A stretch of DNA of 64,000 nucleotides. Origin: a virus. Its lineage: Duplodnaviria; Caudoviricetes. The first letter of the stretch is position 1, and each line of letters opens with the position of its first letter. The DNA is taken from IMG/VR virus record IMGVR_UViG_3300046318_000439, positions 1-64,000 of that record. One strand, written 5' to 3'. This document shows, piece after piece, positions 40,401 through 48,867 of the stretch. The position numbers and the translations under genes were made by a program. A model generated the notes under the pieces. The model was not told the DNA's origin, made no database searches, and worked only from the letters and a program-made list of their open reading frames with translations.

Positions 40401-41334
40401 TGTTTACCGCCATTTGTTCTTTAACGTAACCAACAAAAAAATCATTAGGAAGAAGTTCTAACCCATTTAAATTAGAATCAATATCTTCTCTTCTTCTATC
40501 AATTCCCCTGCATTCGTAATCAATTTCATACACAACATTTTTTCCATACACGGCACACTCAACGATAAACCTTGGACTGCAGTCTATCTGCCATCTTGTA
40601 GGGGTGTATATGTACGTATCAAATTTCTCAAAGATGTTTTTAATTGGAGCTCTAACAACTTCTACATTTGGTTGCTTAATACTTTCATACAAGTCTGGAT
40701 TGTTTGTGACAATAAGATATTTCTCACATATTTTTTTATCTATAATATGTTTGATGTTATCTGCAGCAGTGGCTCTCATGCTGGTGGTTAGATACAGTAA
40801 TGCAGTGTTTGTTAAGGATTGCTTTGGGGGTTGATATCTTCCCCATAGTATCTTTTTAACATAATCTACTACTTTAATGTTTAGCTCCTCAAACCGTTCT
40901 GGATATAGTTTAAAGTCTTGCATTAAATGTGTGCGCTTGATTGTTTTATTATTATGAAAATAACCAAAATTATTTTCTGAACACCTTAACAGAAATACAT
41001 TATCAGCATACATTACACAATCAAGGATGCGCCACGAACCATCTACTATACAAACATTATTGGCTAATATTATCTTGGGACGATAACACTCAAACGTGTT
41101 GTCTAATATATCCCTCAACTCTTTGTCGTTGAAATTATATTTGTCCTTTAAAGCTGTGGTGAATATTTCTTTGGTAATTCCATCTGATAAAAGTACAGCA
41201 CATTTAATATTGTTAATACTACAAATATAATAATAGTCTATCATCTCGTAAAGATGACCAGACACTCCATGAGTATAAAAGAATGATGTTGTGAATACTA
41301 AGTCATAATCCTTTAGATTGAGTATCTTCGACAT
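40393..41334 (-). CDS. Hypothetical protein, possibly degenerate GT-B glycosyltransferase, 313 aa
   Basis: Coupled ORF; C-terminal DCSPRFIVECAVYGKNV resembles the GT-B E/D-x7-E...G.pV motif. Confidence 0.45.
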   Translation of the reverse strand: MSKILNLKDYDLVFTTSFFYTHGVSGHLYEMIDYYYICSINNIKCAVLLSDGITKEIFTTALKDKYNFNDKELRDILDNTFECYRPKIILANNVCIVDGSWRILDCVMYADNVFLLRCSENNFGYFHNNKTIKRTHLMQDFKLYPERFEELNIKVVDYVKKILWGRYQPPKQSLTNTALLYLTTSMRATAADNIKHIIDKKICEKYLIVTNNPDLYESIKQPNVEVVRAPIKNIFEKFDTYIYTPTRWQIDCSPRFIVECAVYGKNVVYEIDYECRGIDRRREDIDSNLNGLELLPNDFFVGYVKEQMAVNNE

Positions 41335-42224
41335 TATTGCTTTTCCTTATAAAAGTTTAGCATAAAGTCAGCATGACAATACTCTCTGGGGCATGTTACG
41401 TTCACGCAGGCATTCTGTTTATTGATTCGAATCGGCATAGGAGCTCTCGTGCACGAGTTAACTATTGTACCATCAGATAAGATTTCATATAACAAAGCCT
41501 TACAACGATATCCCTTGAATTTGACCATGTCATCTTTCAAGGCATTGAATATTGGAACATGCACTTCCCGACCGTCGCTATATTGAAAGCGATATGTTTG
41601 TTTATCAGCTATGTTCTTGAGTCTAGGTTCAAATATCTTATAAAACTCATCATTATACGTTATTGTATTGCCTGGAGTGGATAATAATATATTGAGATCG
41701 TATCTTACGCCATGGCGGTCGAACTGATCGATCATGTCTAATATCTGAGGCCAGTCTTTTGGATTATCTGATAAATTTATATGACAGTAGAAGTTCTTGT
41801 CTTTAAAAGCTATACACTTATCAAGAAATGTCTGATCGTAATATTGTGCATGGTATGAGGCTGCTAGTCGTATCTTATCGCTGACAAATGTCTGCTGCAA
41901 GAAATGCATGGGCTTTGATAGATTTGTTTTAATTTCTATCAGTGTACACTTAGACATATCAGATAGTTGCTGAAGGATGTCTATAAAGTTTGGATGAAGA
42001 GTGGGTTCTCCGCCATACAGATCTACTTCAAAATCTGTATCAATCATAGAAAGTCTTTGAAGTACTAGCTTGTGTTTGGATGGCGATGTATCTTTAGAAT
42101 ATCGCTCTACCATTTTGTCTGCAGCGTTACAATAGGTGCACTTAAAGTTACACCAATCTACAAGGAACCATTCAAAGTGTATTGTGTTATAATTTTCAAT
42201 ACCAACATTATCTATAGCGGTCAT
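41334..42224 (-). CDS. Radical SAM protein, 296 aa
   Basis: CNFKCTYC, YGGEPTLHP, KTNLS; C-terminal FKGYRC...DG...C...CPREYC. Confidence 0.85.
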   Translation of the reverse strand: MTAIDNVGIENYNTIHFEWFLVDWCNFKCTYCNAADKMVERYSKDTSPSKHKLVLQRLSMIDTDFEVDLYGGEPTLHPNFIDILQQLSDMSKCTLIEIKTNLSKPMHFLQQTFVSDKIRLAASYHAQYYDQTFLDKCIAFKDKNFYCHINLSDNPKDWPQILDMIDQFDRHGVRYDLNILLSTPGNTITYNDEFYKIFEPRLKNIADKQTYRFQYSDGREVHVPIFNALKDDMVKFKGYRCKALLYEILSDGTIVNSCTRAPMPIRINKQNACVNVTCPREYCHADFMLNFYKEKQ

Positions 42225-42230
42225 TTTGCT

Positions 42231-43148
42231 TTATGGGGATAGCACTTGATCTGGCTGAACTTGTTCGTACCCTAAAATTTCAAACACATTGTGTGGTATC
42301 TGTGGCATTTCAGCTTGCTCATCGAGTGCTGTTAAGGCAGTGTTAATCTTAGACAAGCGCTCCAACTTCGAAGCAAACTGAGTAGTAGGAACTATGTTAG
42401 TATACTCATATTCAGTAATGTACTGGTTGTGTTTTACTATTTGAGGTATATTGATAGTTCGTTCGAGTACATTAATATACCCATTCTCAATTATATCTTC
42501 AAACTTAATGTAATGAACATTGGGTCCTCCCAACTGCCTCATCACGCACATATTTAACAATGACTCCACATACGATTGTCCAACCATATCCTCCACCAGG
42601 AACCATTCTGCAGTGGCTTGTGGGGTATTATCAATTAGATATGTTATGGAAGGATTACGTTCTATACACAAAACCACAACATTGGTTTCTCCTATATCAG
42701 CTCTAACCCGCTCAATAAAGTTTTTAGAGAACAGGCCAGAAACCACATGCACATCAAAGGGACTATTTTCATATGCTTGCATGAATTCTTCATACGATCC
42801 CCCTGTGTTTTCTGGAGGTAGTCCTAAATCTGGAGTAAGATTGTTAAACTTGTCTCCATAGTAGGTTAGTTCTGGATTTGTGAAAGATTTGAGAGTGTCA
42901 ATATTTCTAACAAATGTCAACCCTCCATCAGCAGCGTATAGCAACGTTTCCGATCCATTAGGATCTTCAGAGGAAACTGGTTTATATACAAGTTCGGAGT
43001 CGGCATTATATACTTCAATTGGAATAGTATGAATATTTGCTGTGTAGTTTCCAATTGAATAATTGTCGTAGTTATTAAAGGCGCGGGACACTTCATAAGC
43101 AATCCCTGGCTTAAACGCTCCTACCGACCCTGTTACAAATATTAACAC
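42231..43148 (-). CDS. Hypothetical protein, weak sulfotransferase/P-loop-like resemblance, 305 aa
   Basis: AGGAG RBS and GTG start; N-terminal FVTGSVGAFK, later IERNP and IKFEDII. Confidence 0.45.
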   Translation of the reverse strand: MLIFVTGSVGAFKPGIAYEVSRAFNNYDNYSIGNYTANIHTIPIEVYNADSELVYKPVSSEDPNGSETLLYAADGGLTFVRNIDTLKSFTNPELTYYGDKFNNLTPDLGLPPENTGGSYEEFMQAYENSPFDVHVVSGLFSKNFIERVRADIGETNVVVLCIERNPSITYLIDNTPQATAEWFLVEDMVGQSYVESLLNMCVMRQLGGPNVHYIKFEDIIENGYINVLERTINIPQIVKHNQYITEYEYTNIVPTTQFASKLERLSKINTALTALDEQAEMPQIPHNVFEILGYEQVQPDQVLSP

Positions 43149-43149
43149 A

Positions 43150-43551
43150 CTATCTCCTTAGATACTCTTCTACTATTGAGTTAACAGCATCCCTATCATT
43201 GTAATTGGTTAGCGATTGTAATTTACTAATAATGCCTGTATACTCTTTTTTTTGTTCTTCTAGACGCTTGATATTATCCTTAAGACTTAGATATATCTCT
43301 AAATCATTAATTAAGTATTCGTCCCCTGTCTCGATAATCTTAATGTAGCATTCTTCTTTGTTTTTATCGGTAATAATTATTCCTCTATCGAGAAACTTAT
43401 TATTAATTAGCATTATGGAAATAAAGTCTAGCAGTTTAAATGTTAATAAATCATCCCCAATTATCCCTCGCACTTTTATTTTACATGCGGCTGCCGCTTT
43501 ACCAGCATAGGTACTACTATCAATACATTCAACTTCTTTATACTTCTCCAT
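43150..43551 (-). CDS. Hypothetical accessory protein, 133 aa
   Basis: Its ATG overlaps the TGA of the Cys-repeat gene; helical/coiled-coil C-terminus. Confidence 0.65.
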   Translation of the reverse strand: MEKYKEVECIDSSTYAGKAAAACKIKVRGIIGDDLLTFKLLDFISIMLINNKFLDRGIIITDKNKEECYIKIIETGDEYLINDLEIYLSLKDNIKRLEEQKKEYTGIISKLQSLTNYNDRDAVNSIVEEYLRR

Positions 43552-44309
43552 CAGTCACCTCTTAACATATCCACTGGTAATTTGTCATAATCTACTACGT
43601 AAAATCCATTGTCCGCTTTACTTACAGCATCAGCATATTCTGTGCCTAATAACTCTTGAGCCATAACTCCAACATATGTGGTATCTTTATCCCAAATGTA
43701 GCTAAAGGAATATAATTTTATTCCATGCTCAGAGCCAACATACTTAATATTTTCTTTTAATCGTTTGTCGCTATAGTTGCAATTACATGTGCAAGAGTAA
43801 TTACAATTACATGTACAATAATTACAATTGCATGTGCAATAATTACAGTTGCATGTACATACACCAGCAGCCCCTTGTATATCCGTTATGAGACTATTAA
43901 TGTTGGCAGCTGTGATTGTGCTTCCAATTGATACGCTTGTTGCACCAACATATCCCGCAACGGTTGGCCACAATATTAATTGATTGGCTCCATCGATGTA
44001 TCCATTATTAGGAGGAGATGCTTGAACGTTAAGAGCTGCTCGAAAGTTGTTTATATCGCTAGCAGTAATCGGGGAGCTAGGCGTATATGCCACAGTACCA
44101 ACACGACGTCGTGATCGCTCAGCATTGACAGCAGCAGCAAGTTGCGTATATTGGGATGTTGCAATTAGTTGTCCAGCACTTACATTTGTCAGTGCATGAG
44201 TAGTAGCATCTGATGCGTTTGTGCCATAAACAACAATATATGTTCCACTAAAGCCAGATGCGCTTGTGTTATTGAATGCTGGGACTGGGTACGGGGTGTA
44301 CGTCGCCAT
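43551..44309 (-). CDS. Fibre-like protein with (CTCNCNY)x4 core and C-terminal peptidase S74 intramolecular chaperone, 252 aa
   Basis: GV-CTCNCNY-CTCNCNY-CTCNCNY-S-CTCNCNY directly followed by SDKRLKENI...GVMAQE...VDY (S74 signature). Confidence 0.85.
   Translation of the reverse strand: MATYTPYPVPAFNNTSASGFSGTYIVVYGTNASDATTHALTNVSAGQLIATSQYTQLAAAVNAERSRRRVGTVAYTPSSPITASDINNFRAALNVQASPPNNGYIDGANQLILWPTVAGYVGATSVSIGSTITAANINSLITDIQGAAGVCTCNCNYCTCNCNYCTCNCNYSCTCNCNYSDKRLKENIKYVGSEHGIKLYSFSYIWDKDTTYVGVMAQELLGTEYADAVSKADNGFYVVDYDKLPVDMLRGD
43773..43859 (-). repeat. Four 21-bp coding heptad repeats encoding CTCNCNY
   Basis: 87 nt = 29 codons. The copies differ at synonymous positions, which suggests selection on the protein motif. 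Confidence 0.9.
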
Positions 44310-44323
44310 TTAATTATTCCTTG

Positions 44324-44701
44324 TTAAATTTTTCCTGCTAAGAAGTTTAAATCTTCTTTTGCTTTTGTTTCCGCAATAAACTTTTCATAATCATCTAATT
44401 CTGATGTGATAAAGTCTAATGTTTGTTGATCAGGTTCTTTCATCATATCTACAGCAGAACCGCTTTCCACAACATAACGTACTAGGTCTGCTAAAGAAAA
44501 CCCTAATGCAGCAGAAACCATTTCTATCTGCTCACTAGCTTCAATGGTTTCCCGGCCACCTTTCAAAGCAACCTGCTCCAACGTACGTAATCCTATACCG
44601 AAGCTTTCCATCAATACTGCTCCGACTCCGGAATCTTCTTCTGCAATGTCTTTAATTGCACCAAAAATAATGTCTAATTTATCTTGTATACTCATTTTCA
44701 T
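44324..44701 (-). CDS. Acidic helical hypothetical accessory protein, 125 aa
   Basis: Coupled between a radical SAM gene and the Cys-repeat gene; AGGA RBS. Confidence 0.65.
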   Translation of the reverse strand: MKMSIQDKLDIIFGAIKDIAEEDSGVGAVLMESFGIGLRTLEQVALKGGRETIEASEQIEMVSAALGFSLADLVRYVVESGSAVDMMKEPDQQTLDFITSELDDYEKFIAETKAKEDLNFLAGKI

Positions 44702-45560
44702 TTTCCTTTTCTTTAAAATCGTGGAATTTTAAAGCACTTTCATCATACTTGTATGTTGTAACGTTACCTTCGTCTGTAAAATACGTTTTGGTAGCATGCA
44801 CAACACCGCACCCACTACACATATCGCAGAAAAACTCACAAACTGGTATACTATTATCCCTATTTATCCAATCAGTTCTGAAGCGATTTTTACCGGCTAA
44901 TAACAGCTGTTGATCTTCATCTGAAAGGGTATCCCACGCTATTGACGTAATTACACGCAACGGCTTGAATGTTTTAATAATTCTGTTTATGTCATCATAA
45001 AAAAACTTAATATTATTGTTATGGATAGTATAACGTACTCTGAAACCCATCCTATTTTTCATTAATTTCTTAAATACTGTAATCATGGCTGATGTTGAAT
45101 CAGACCCATCATGGAATATTCTATTACCGTTTCCTACACCATCAAAACTAACATCAATGGACATGAACCCCCTCTTATAGAAAAAGTTCTCCTTTACTTC
45201 TTGCGTAAACTTATCGCTTAGAAATTTAATGCCATTAGTCTCTAAATTAAAATGCACATTCTTTTTCTTGCTGTATGCATACTCCATTAGATAACATACA
45301 TTTTCCCACTGCAATGTTGGTTCCCCTCCAAACAACACTATTAAAGTTTGTTTGTCTGGATCCTCTCTTTCGATAATACCATCAACATATTGTTCAATAT
45401 CTTGCTTTGTTAGAATTTGGGGAGGACGATTCGCCAAATCTTGATAACAATGCTTACATGCCAAATTGCAAACGTTAGTAAAATAAATGACATTAACAGC
45501 TGTATTTTCTTCTACAGGTTTGTCGTCTTTTCTTATAAAGTTTGCAATGATCTCGTTCAT
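44679..45560 (-). CDS. Radical SAM protein, 293 aa (short C-terminal Cys motif)
   Basis: CNLACKHC, FGGEPTL, ETNG, SFDG; CEFFCDMCSGC. Confidence 0.88.
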   Translation of the reverse strand: MNEIIANFIRKDDKPVEENTAVNVIYFTNVCNLACKHCYQDLANRPPQILTKQDIEQYVDGIIEREDPDKQTLIVLFGGEPTLQWENVCYLMEYAYSKKKNVHFNLETNGIKFLSDKFTQEVKENFFYKRGFMSIDVSFDGVGNGNRIFHDGSDSTSAMITVFKKLMKNRMGFRVRYTIHNNNIKFFYDDINRIIKTFKPLRVITSIAWDTLSDEDQQLLLAGKNRFRTDWINRDNSIPVCEFFCDMCSGCGVVHATKTYFTDEGNVTTYKYDESALKFHDFKEKENENEYTR

Positions 45561-45862
45561 TGTATAATCATTTGATGAGAATTCTTATATCGATCATCTT
45601 TAGGACGCGATTGAGCCTCTTTGATAATGTGAGTCATATTATCTAAAAACTTAGGATAGTCAATTTGATATTCGAATAGATGGCCGCGTTCCTGATAATT
45701 AACATACTTACTATCTACACGGGCTTTACCTTTTTTAGCTTCTTCAATTTGCACTGCTAGCTCATCTACAGTCAAAGCATTTCGTGAATCATGCTCTACT
45801 TGACTCATTTCTACTCTCACTGGTATGTCTAGTATACTTTTAAAACGTCTAGGTTCACTCAT
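45557..45862 (-). CDS. Hypothetical accessory protein, 101 aa
   Basis: Overlaps both flanking radical SAM genes (TAATG and ATGA coupling). Confidence 0.65.
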   Translation of the reverse strand: MSEPRRFKSILDIPVRVEMSQVEHDSRNALTVDELAVQIEEAKKGKARVDSKYVNYQERGHLFEYQIDYPKFLDNMTHIIKEAQSRPKDDRYKNSHQMIIQ

Positions 45863-46986
45863 TAGTTTCTACACTCCACGCCTTCATTTTCGACCCCAAC
45901 GTTCTCAATATAATGCAAGATTAAATCTTGGAATACTGGAACGTCTCTGCATTCATCTACCACTCTCATACCCTGCTCGTATGTAATCATAAACAATTCA
46001 CATATACTATCAAGAGGTTTGTTGTCGTTCATAATCTGGGAGTATGTACAGCCAGCATTACAAACTTGTCTTAGCTTACATTCCACACACTTGTCAAAAC
46101 TGTGAGGGCTGAACTTCTCTTGAAAATATTTAAAGTTGTATTGCTCATCAATCTTCATAATCTTTTTACTTGCAAAGCGAGCACAAGGATAAAATTCTCC
46201 ACTGCTCATAAGCACGCCGCCATTGGTACCAGCAAAACATCCTGTTTTACGTTTACCTTTTACTAGACCATACAACGTATCTAAAATAGCAAGTCTCAGG
46301 AATCCAACTGAACACGGAATGCCTGCTTTTAACTTTTCAATATATCGATCAGTTAATCTAATTAATTCTGTACGATATTCTCTGATATCATCAGCCGTCC
46401 ATACATCGTCTCTCACTAAGCTGAAATCTGGATGTTCAATCCCCCAGTCCAACAAAAACTCAAAGTTTTCTGTCATGTCCCTTACATTACCAGGCCAGAT
46501 CATAACTTTGCAACCGTTAGTCAAGTTGACTATAATATCTTTTTTGTATTTGTACAGTTCAAGAATGCCATCAAACAACTTACCAGTTTCTGGGTTTGTG
46601 TTTTCTAGCAGTGGTAGGAGAGGGCGCGTTTCGTTTGAACTCATTCCATCAAAAGACCAAGATACGCCCACACCATTGTCTGTTAGGTACTTGGCTTTCT
46701 CTGCATCAATCATTGTCAGGTTAGTAATAATGTTGATACCTTTACACTTAGGATCTGACTTGAGGTAAGGAACAGCGTGCTGGATTAACTCCCAGTTCAA
46801 TAAAGGTTCCCCGCCAAAGAAGCTAACGTGATATGTGCTATCTCCAGAATTTTTCATCAACACAGGTAAGTCTTGCATGCCTTTGTCAAATACCTCTTTA
46901 GTCATCCAAGTAGGCTTATTAGCAACATAGCAATACGGACATCCTAGATTGCATTTCTCTGTTACTGAAATTTCTAAAGTGAACAT
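45862..46986 (-). CDS. Radical SAM/SPASM-domain maturase-like protein, 374 aa
   Basis: CNLGCPYC, FFGGEPLL, SFDG; SPASM: CFAG...GEFYPC...CVECKLRQVCNAGC...C. Confidence 0.9.
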   Translation of the reverse strand: MFTLEISVTEKCNLGCPYCYVANKPTWMTKEVFDKGMQDLPVLMKNSGDSTYHVSFFGGEPLLNWELIQHAVPYLKSDPKCKGINIITNLTMIDAEKAKYLTDNGVGVSWSFDGMSSNETRPLLPLLENTNPETGKLFDGILELYKYKKDIIVNLTNGCKVMIWPGNVRDMTENFEFLLDWGIEHPDFSLVRDDVWTADDIREYRTELIRLTDRYIEKLKAGIPCSVGFLRLAILDTLYGLVKGKRKTGCFAGTNGGVLMSSGEFYPCARFASKKIMKIDEQYNFKYFQEKFSPHSFDKCVECKLRQVCNAGCTYSQIMNDNKPLDSICELFMITYEQGMRVVDECRDVPVFQDLILHYIENVGVENEGVECRN

Positions 46987-48080
46987 TGTTTAGCCTCAAC
47001 TTTAATAGGGATAATCTTAGAGTTCAGAGCTTTACGTAAAGCATAATGAATAACTTCGTTCATTTTAAACACTTTACATACCTGCCAATTGGATGTATGA
47101 TCACTCCACTTTTCAATATACGTTTCTTTTTCGCTCTTTTCAAACGTAGCAGCATTACACTTCATACAGAATTGAGAATCGCACGATTGACAATCAAGCG
47201 GTTGATTCTTTAAGGCATCCTTAAACATCTCTGTTTTCTCTTTGATCAGAGCATCGATATCTGGTACATTGCGAATGTTGCCTAATACGTGTGCGTGGGA
47301 TTCCTTATACATGCATCCATGACAAGGACTAATGTCACCGTTCAAATCCACGCTGACATAATTGATACCAGCAGAGCACAAGGCTCGCGATTGTTGGAAC
47401 CATCCAAACTTTTCTGGTGGAAGTTTATTTGTGTAGATATACTTTGCTATCTTTGTCAACCCAACTTTAAGTTCTTCCATGTGAACAGCAAATTCTTCCT
47501 GTGACAGAGTAGAATACAAGTCAGGAGTAGGGAAGTAGTTATCCGCCATACTAATGACGTCAAGAAATGCTTCGTAAATTAGATGAAAATGCTTAGCTGT
47601 TAATACTGATTTCATATTAACGTTCAGACCATTTTGTTTAGCAGCAAGATAGTTAGATTTAACTAACGCTGAAGATGGGTTACCTACCTTATCAATTCTC
47701 GTAATGTCGTTTACAGGTTTACCATCATATGATATTTGAAGGCGCAATCTGCCTTGACCTAATTCTTTATGCAACTGAACTAATTCAGCCATGTACTTCT
47801 TTAGATACACTCCATTTGTGTAAAAGAAGAAAGAGAAGTTAGGATCGTGTTTGTACTTATCAATCACCCCTTTGCAAAATTCCCAGTTTACAAATGGTTC
47901 TCCACCCCAAAAATACACGTCCTTTTTAGGATCGGATATTTTGGACATGAATTCGTCAATGTTGTCGAGAGTAACTGATGTGTTTTCTTCAAATTCAGTG
48001 GATAGACCGCACTCATACCCCTCTGAACAGTATGTACATGCTAGATTGCACGTGCTTGTTACGTTAATGTCAATAACCAT
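46974..48080 (-). CDS. Radical SAM/SPASM-domain maturase-like protein, 368 aa
   Basis: CNLACTYC, FWGGEPF, YTNG, SYDG; SPASM: CSAG...GDISPCHGC...CQSCDSQFCMKC...C. Confidence 0.9.
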   Translation of the reverse strand: MVIDINVTSTCNLACTYCSEGYECGLSTEFEENTSVTLDNIDEFMSKISDPKKDVYFWGGEPFVNWEFCKGVIDKYKHDPNFSFFFYTNGVYLKKYMAELVQLHKELGQGRLRLQISYDGKPVNDITRIDKVGNPSSALVKSNYLAAKQNGLNVNMKSVLTAKHFHLIYEAFLDVISMADNYFPTPDLYSTLSQEEFAVHMEELKVGLTKIAKYIYTNKLPPEKFGWFQQSRALCSAGINYVSVDLNGDISPCHGCMYKESHAHVLGNIRNVPDIDALIKEKTEMFKDALKNQPLDCQSCDSQFCMKCNAATFEKSEKETYIEKWSDHTSNWQVCKVFKMNEVIHYALRKALNSKIIPIKVEAKQCSL

Positions 48081-48111
48081 AGTATAAATCTCTCATTGTG
48101 AGTGTTACAAA

Positions 48112-48855
48112 TTACTGTTGTGATCTGTATTCGTAGTTTAATTCCAGTATGGTATTTAGCAATCTAATATCATACTGTTTTGCTAGGGCTTCAGTATCCT
48201 TTGGCAAACAAGGACCTCCAAACCCACGCTTTCCGTCTGGACCAGGTACGCTAAAGTGGGTCGTGCCCATGTATGGGTGATGGATTAACATAGATGTTAG
48301 TTCAGAAAACTCTACTCCCATTTCCTTAGCTACATCGTGTATGGAATTCATATATGTTACCTTTAGGGCTGCAAATGAATTGAGAGTGTATTTAAATAAT
48401 GCTGCAGTCTTAATATCCACGAGAAACGTTTTACCTGGAACTACCGTAGACTGTTGTTCATATATTTGGAGTAGCCGCTCAGCCTTTTCTCTATCACCAC
48501 CAATCACGAGTACTGGCGGCGCTACAAAATCGCTAAAGGATGTTGTTCGCGATAAAAACTCTGGGTTGTATAATATATCAAACTCCTCCAAATGGTGGGG
48601 GAGGATTGTTGATTTAACTACTGTAAGACCCTTGTAATTACTTTTCCTGATTTCCTGAAGTACTTGCTTTAGAATACTATAATCAGTATCGTCAGTAGGA
48701 GTGGGCACGCACACAAAAATGACGTCTGGATTTTGCATGCAGACGTCATTTATTGTTGTTGTGTTATACTGAGGATCACTTATCACAGAAGTTGTATGTT
48801 TGAAGCCGTACTCTACAGCTTTACCTACCATACCATAACCAATAATACCAATCAT
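48112..48855 (-). CDS. ugd: UDP-glucose/GDP-mannose 6-dehydrogenase family (lacks C-terminal UDP-binding domain), 247 aa
   Basis: GYGMVG, CVPTP, KST, NPEFL, GFGGPCLPKD with the catalytic Cys. Confidence 0.85.
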   Translation of the reverse strand: MIGIIGYGMVGKAVEYGFKHTTSVISDPQYNTTTINDVCMQNPDVIFVCVPTPTDDTDYSILKQVLQEIRKSNYKGLTVVKSTILPHHLEEFDILYNPEFLSRTTSFSDFVAPPVLVIGGDREKAERLLQIYEQQSTVVPGKTFLVDIKTAALFKYTLNSFAALKVTYMNSIHDVAKEMGVEFSELTSMLIHHPYMGTTHFSVPGPDGKRGFGGPCLPKDTEALAKQYDIRLLNTILELNYEYRSQQ

Positions 48856-48867
48856 AAAACTCCTAAA

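Noticed and set aside
35165-48080. 7-deazaguanine (QueE-type) DNA hypermodification or viperin-like antiviral function for the radical SAM genes
   Set aside because: No FolE, QueD, QueC or DpdA genes and no DNA-metabolism context in the window; neighbours are fibres and glycan enzymes. It cannot be fully excluded without a family-level search.
31376-48855. Lower GC in the enzyme island as evidence of recent horizontal transfer
   Set aside because: Spot checks suggest it is more AT-rich, but this is confounded by the Gly/Ala/Thr-rich composition of the flanking structural proteins. A codon-position GC analysis would be needed.
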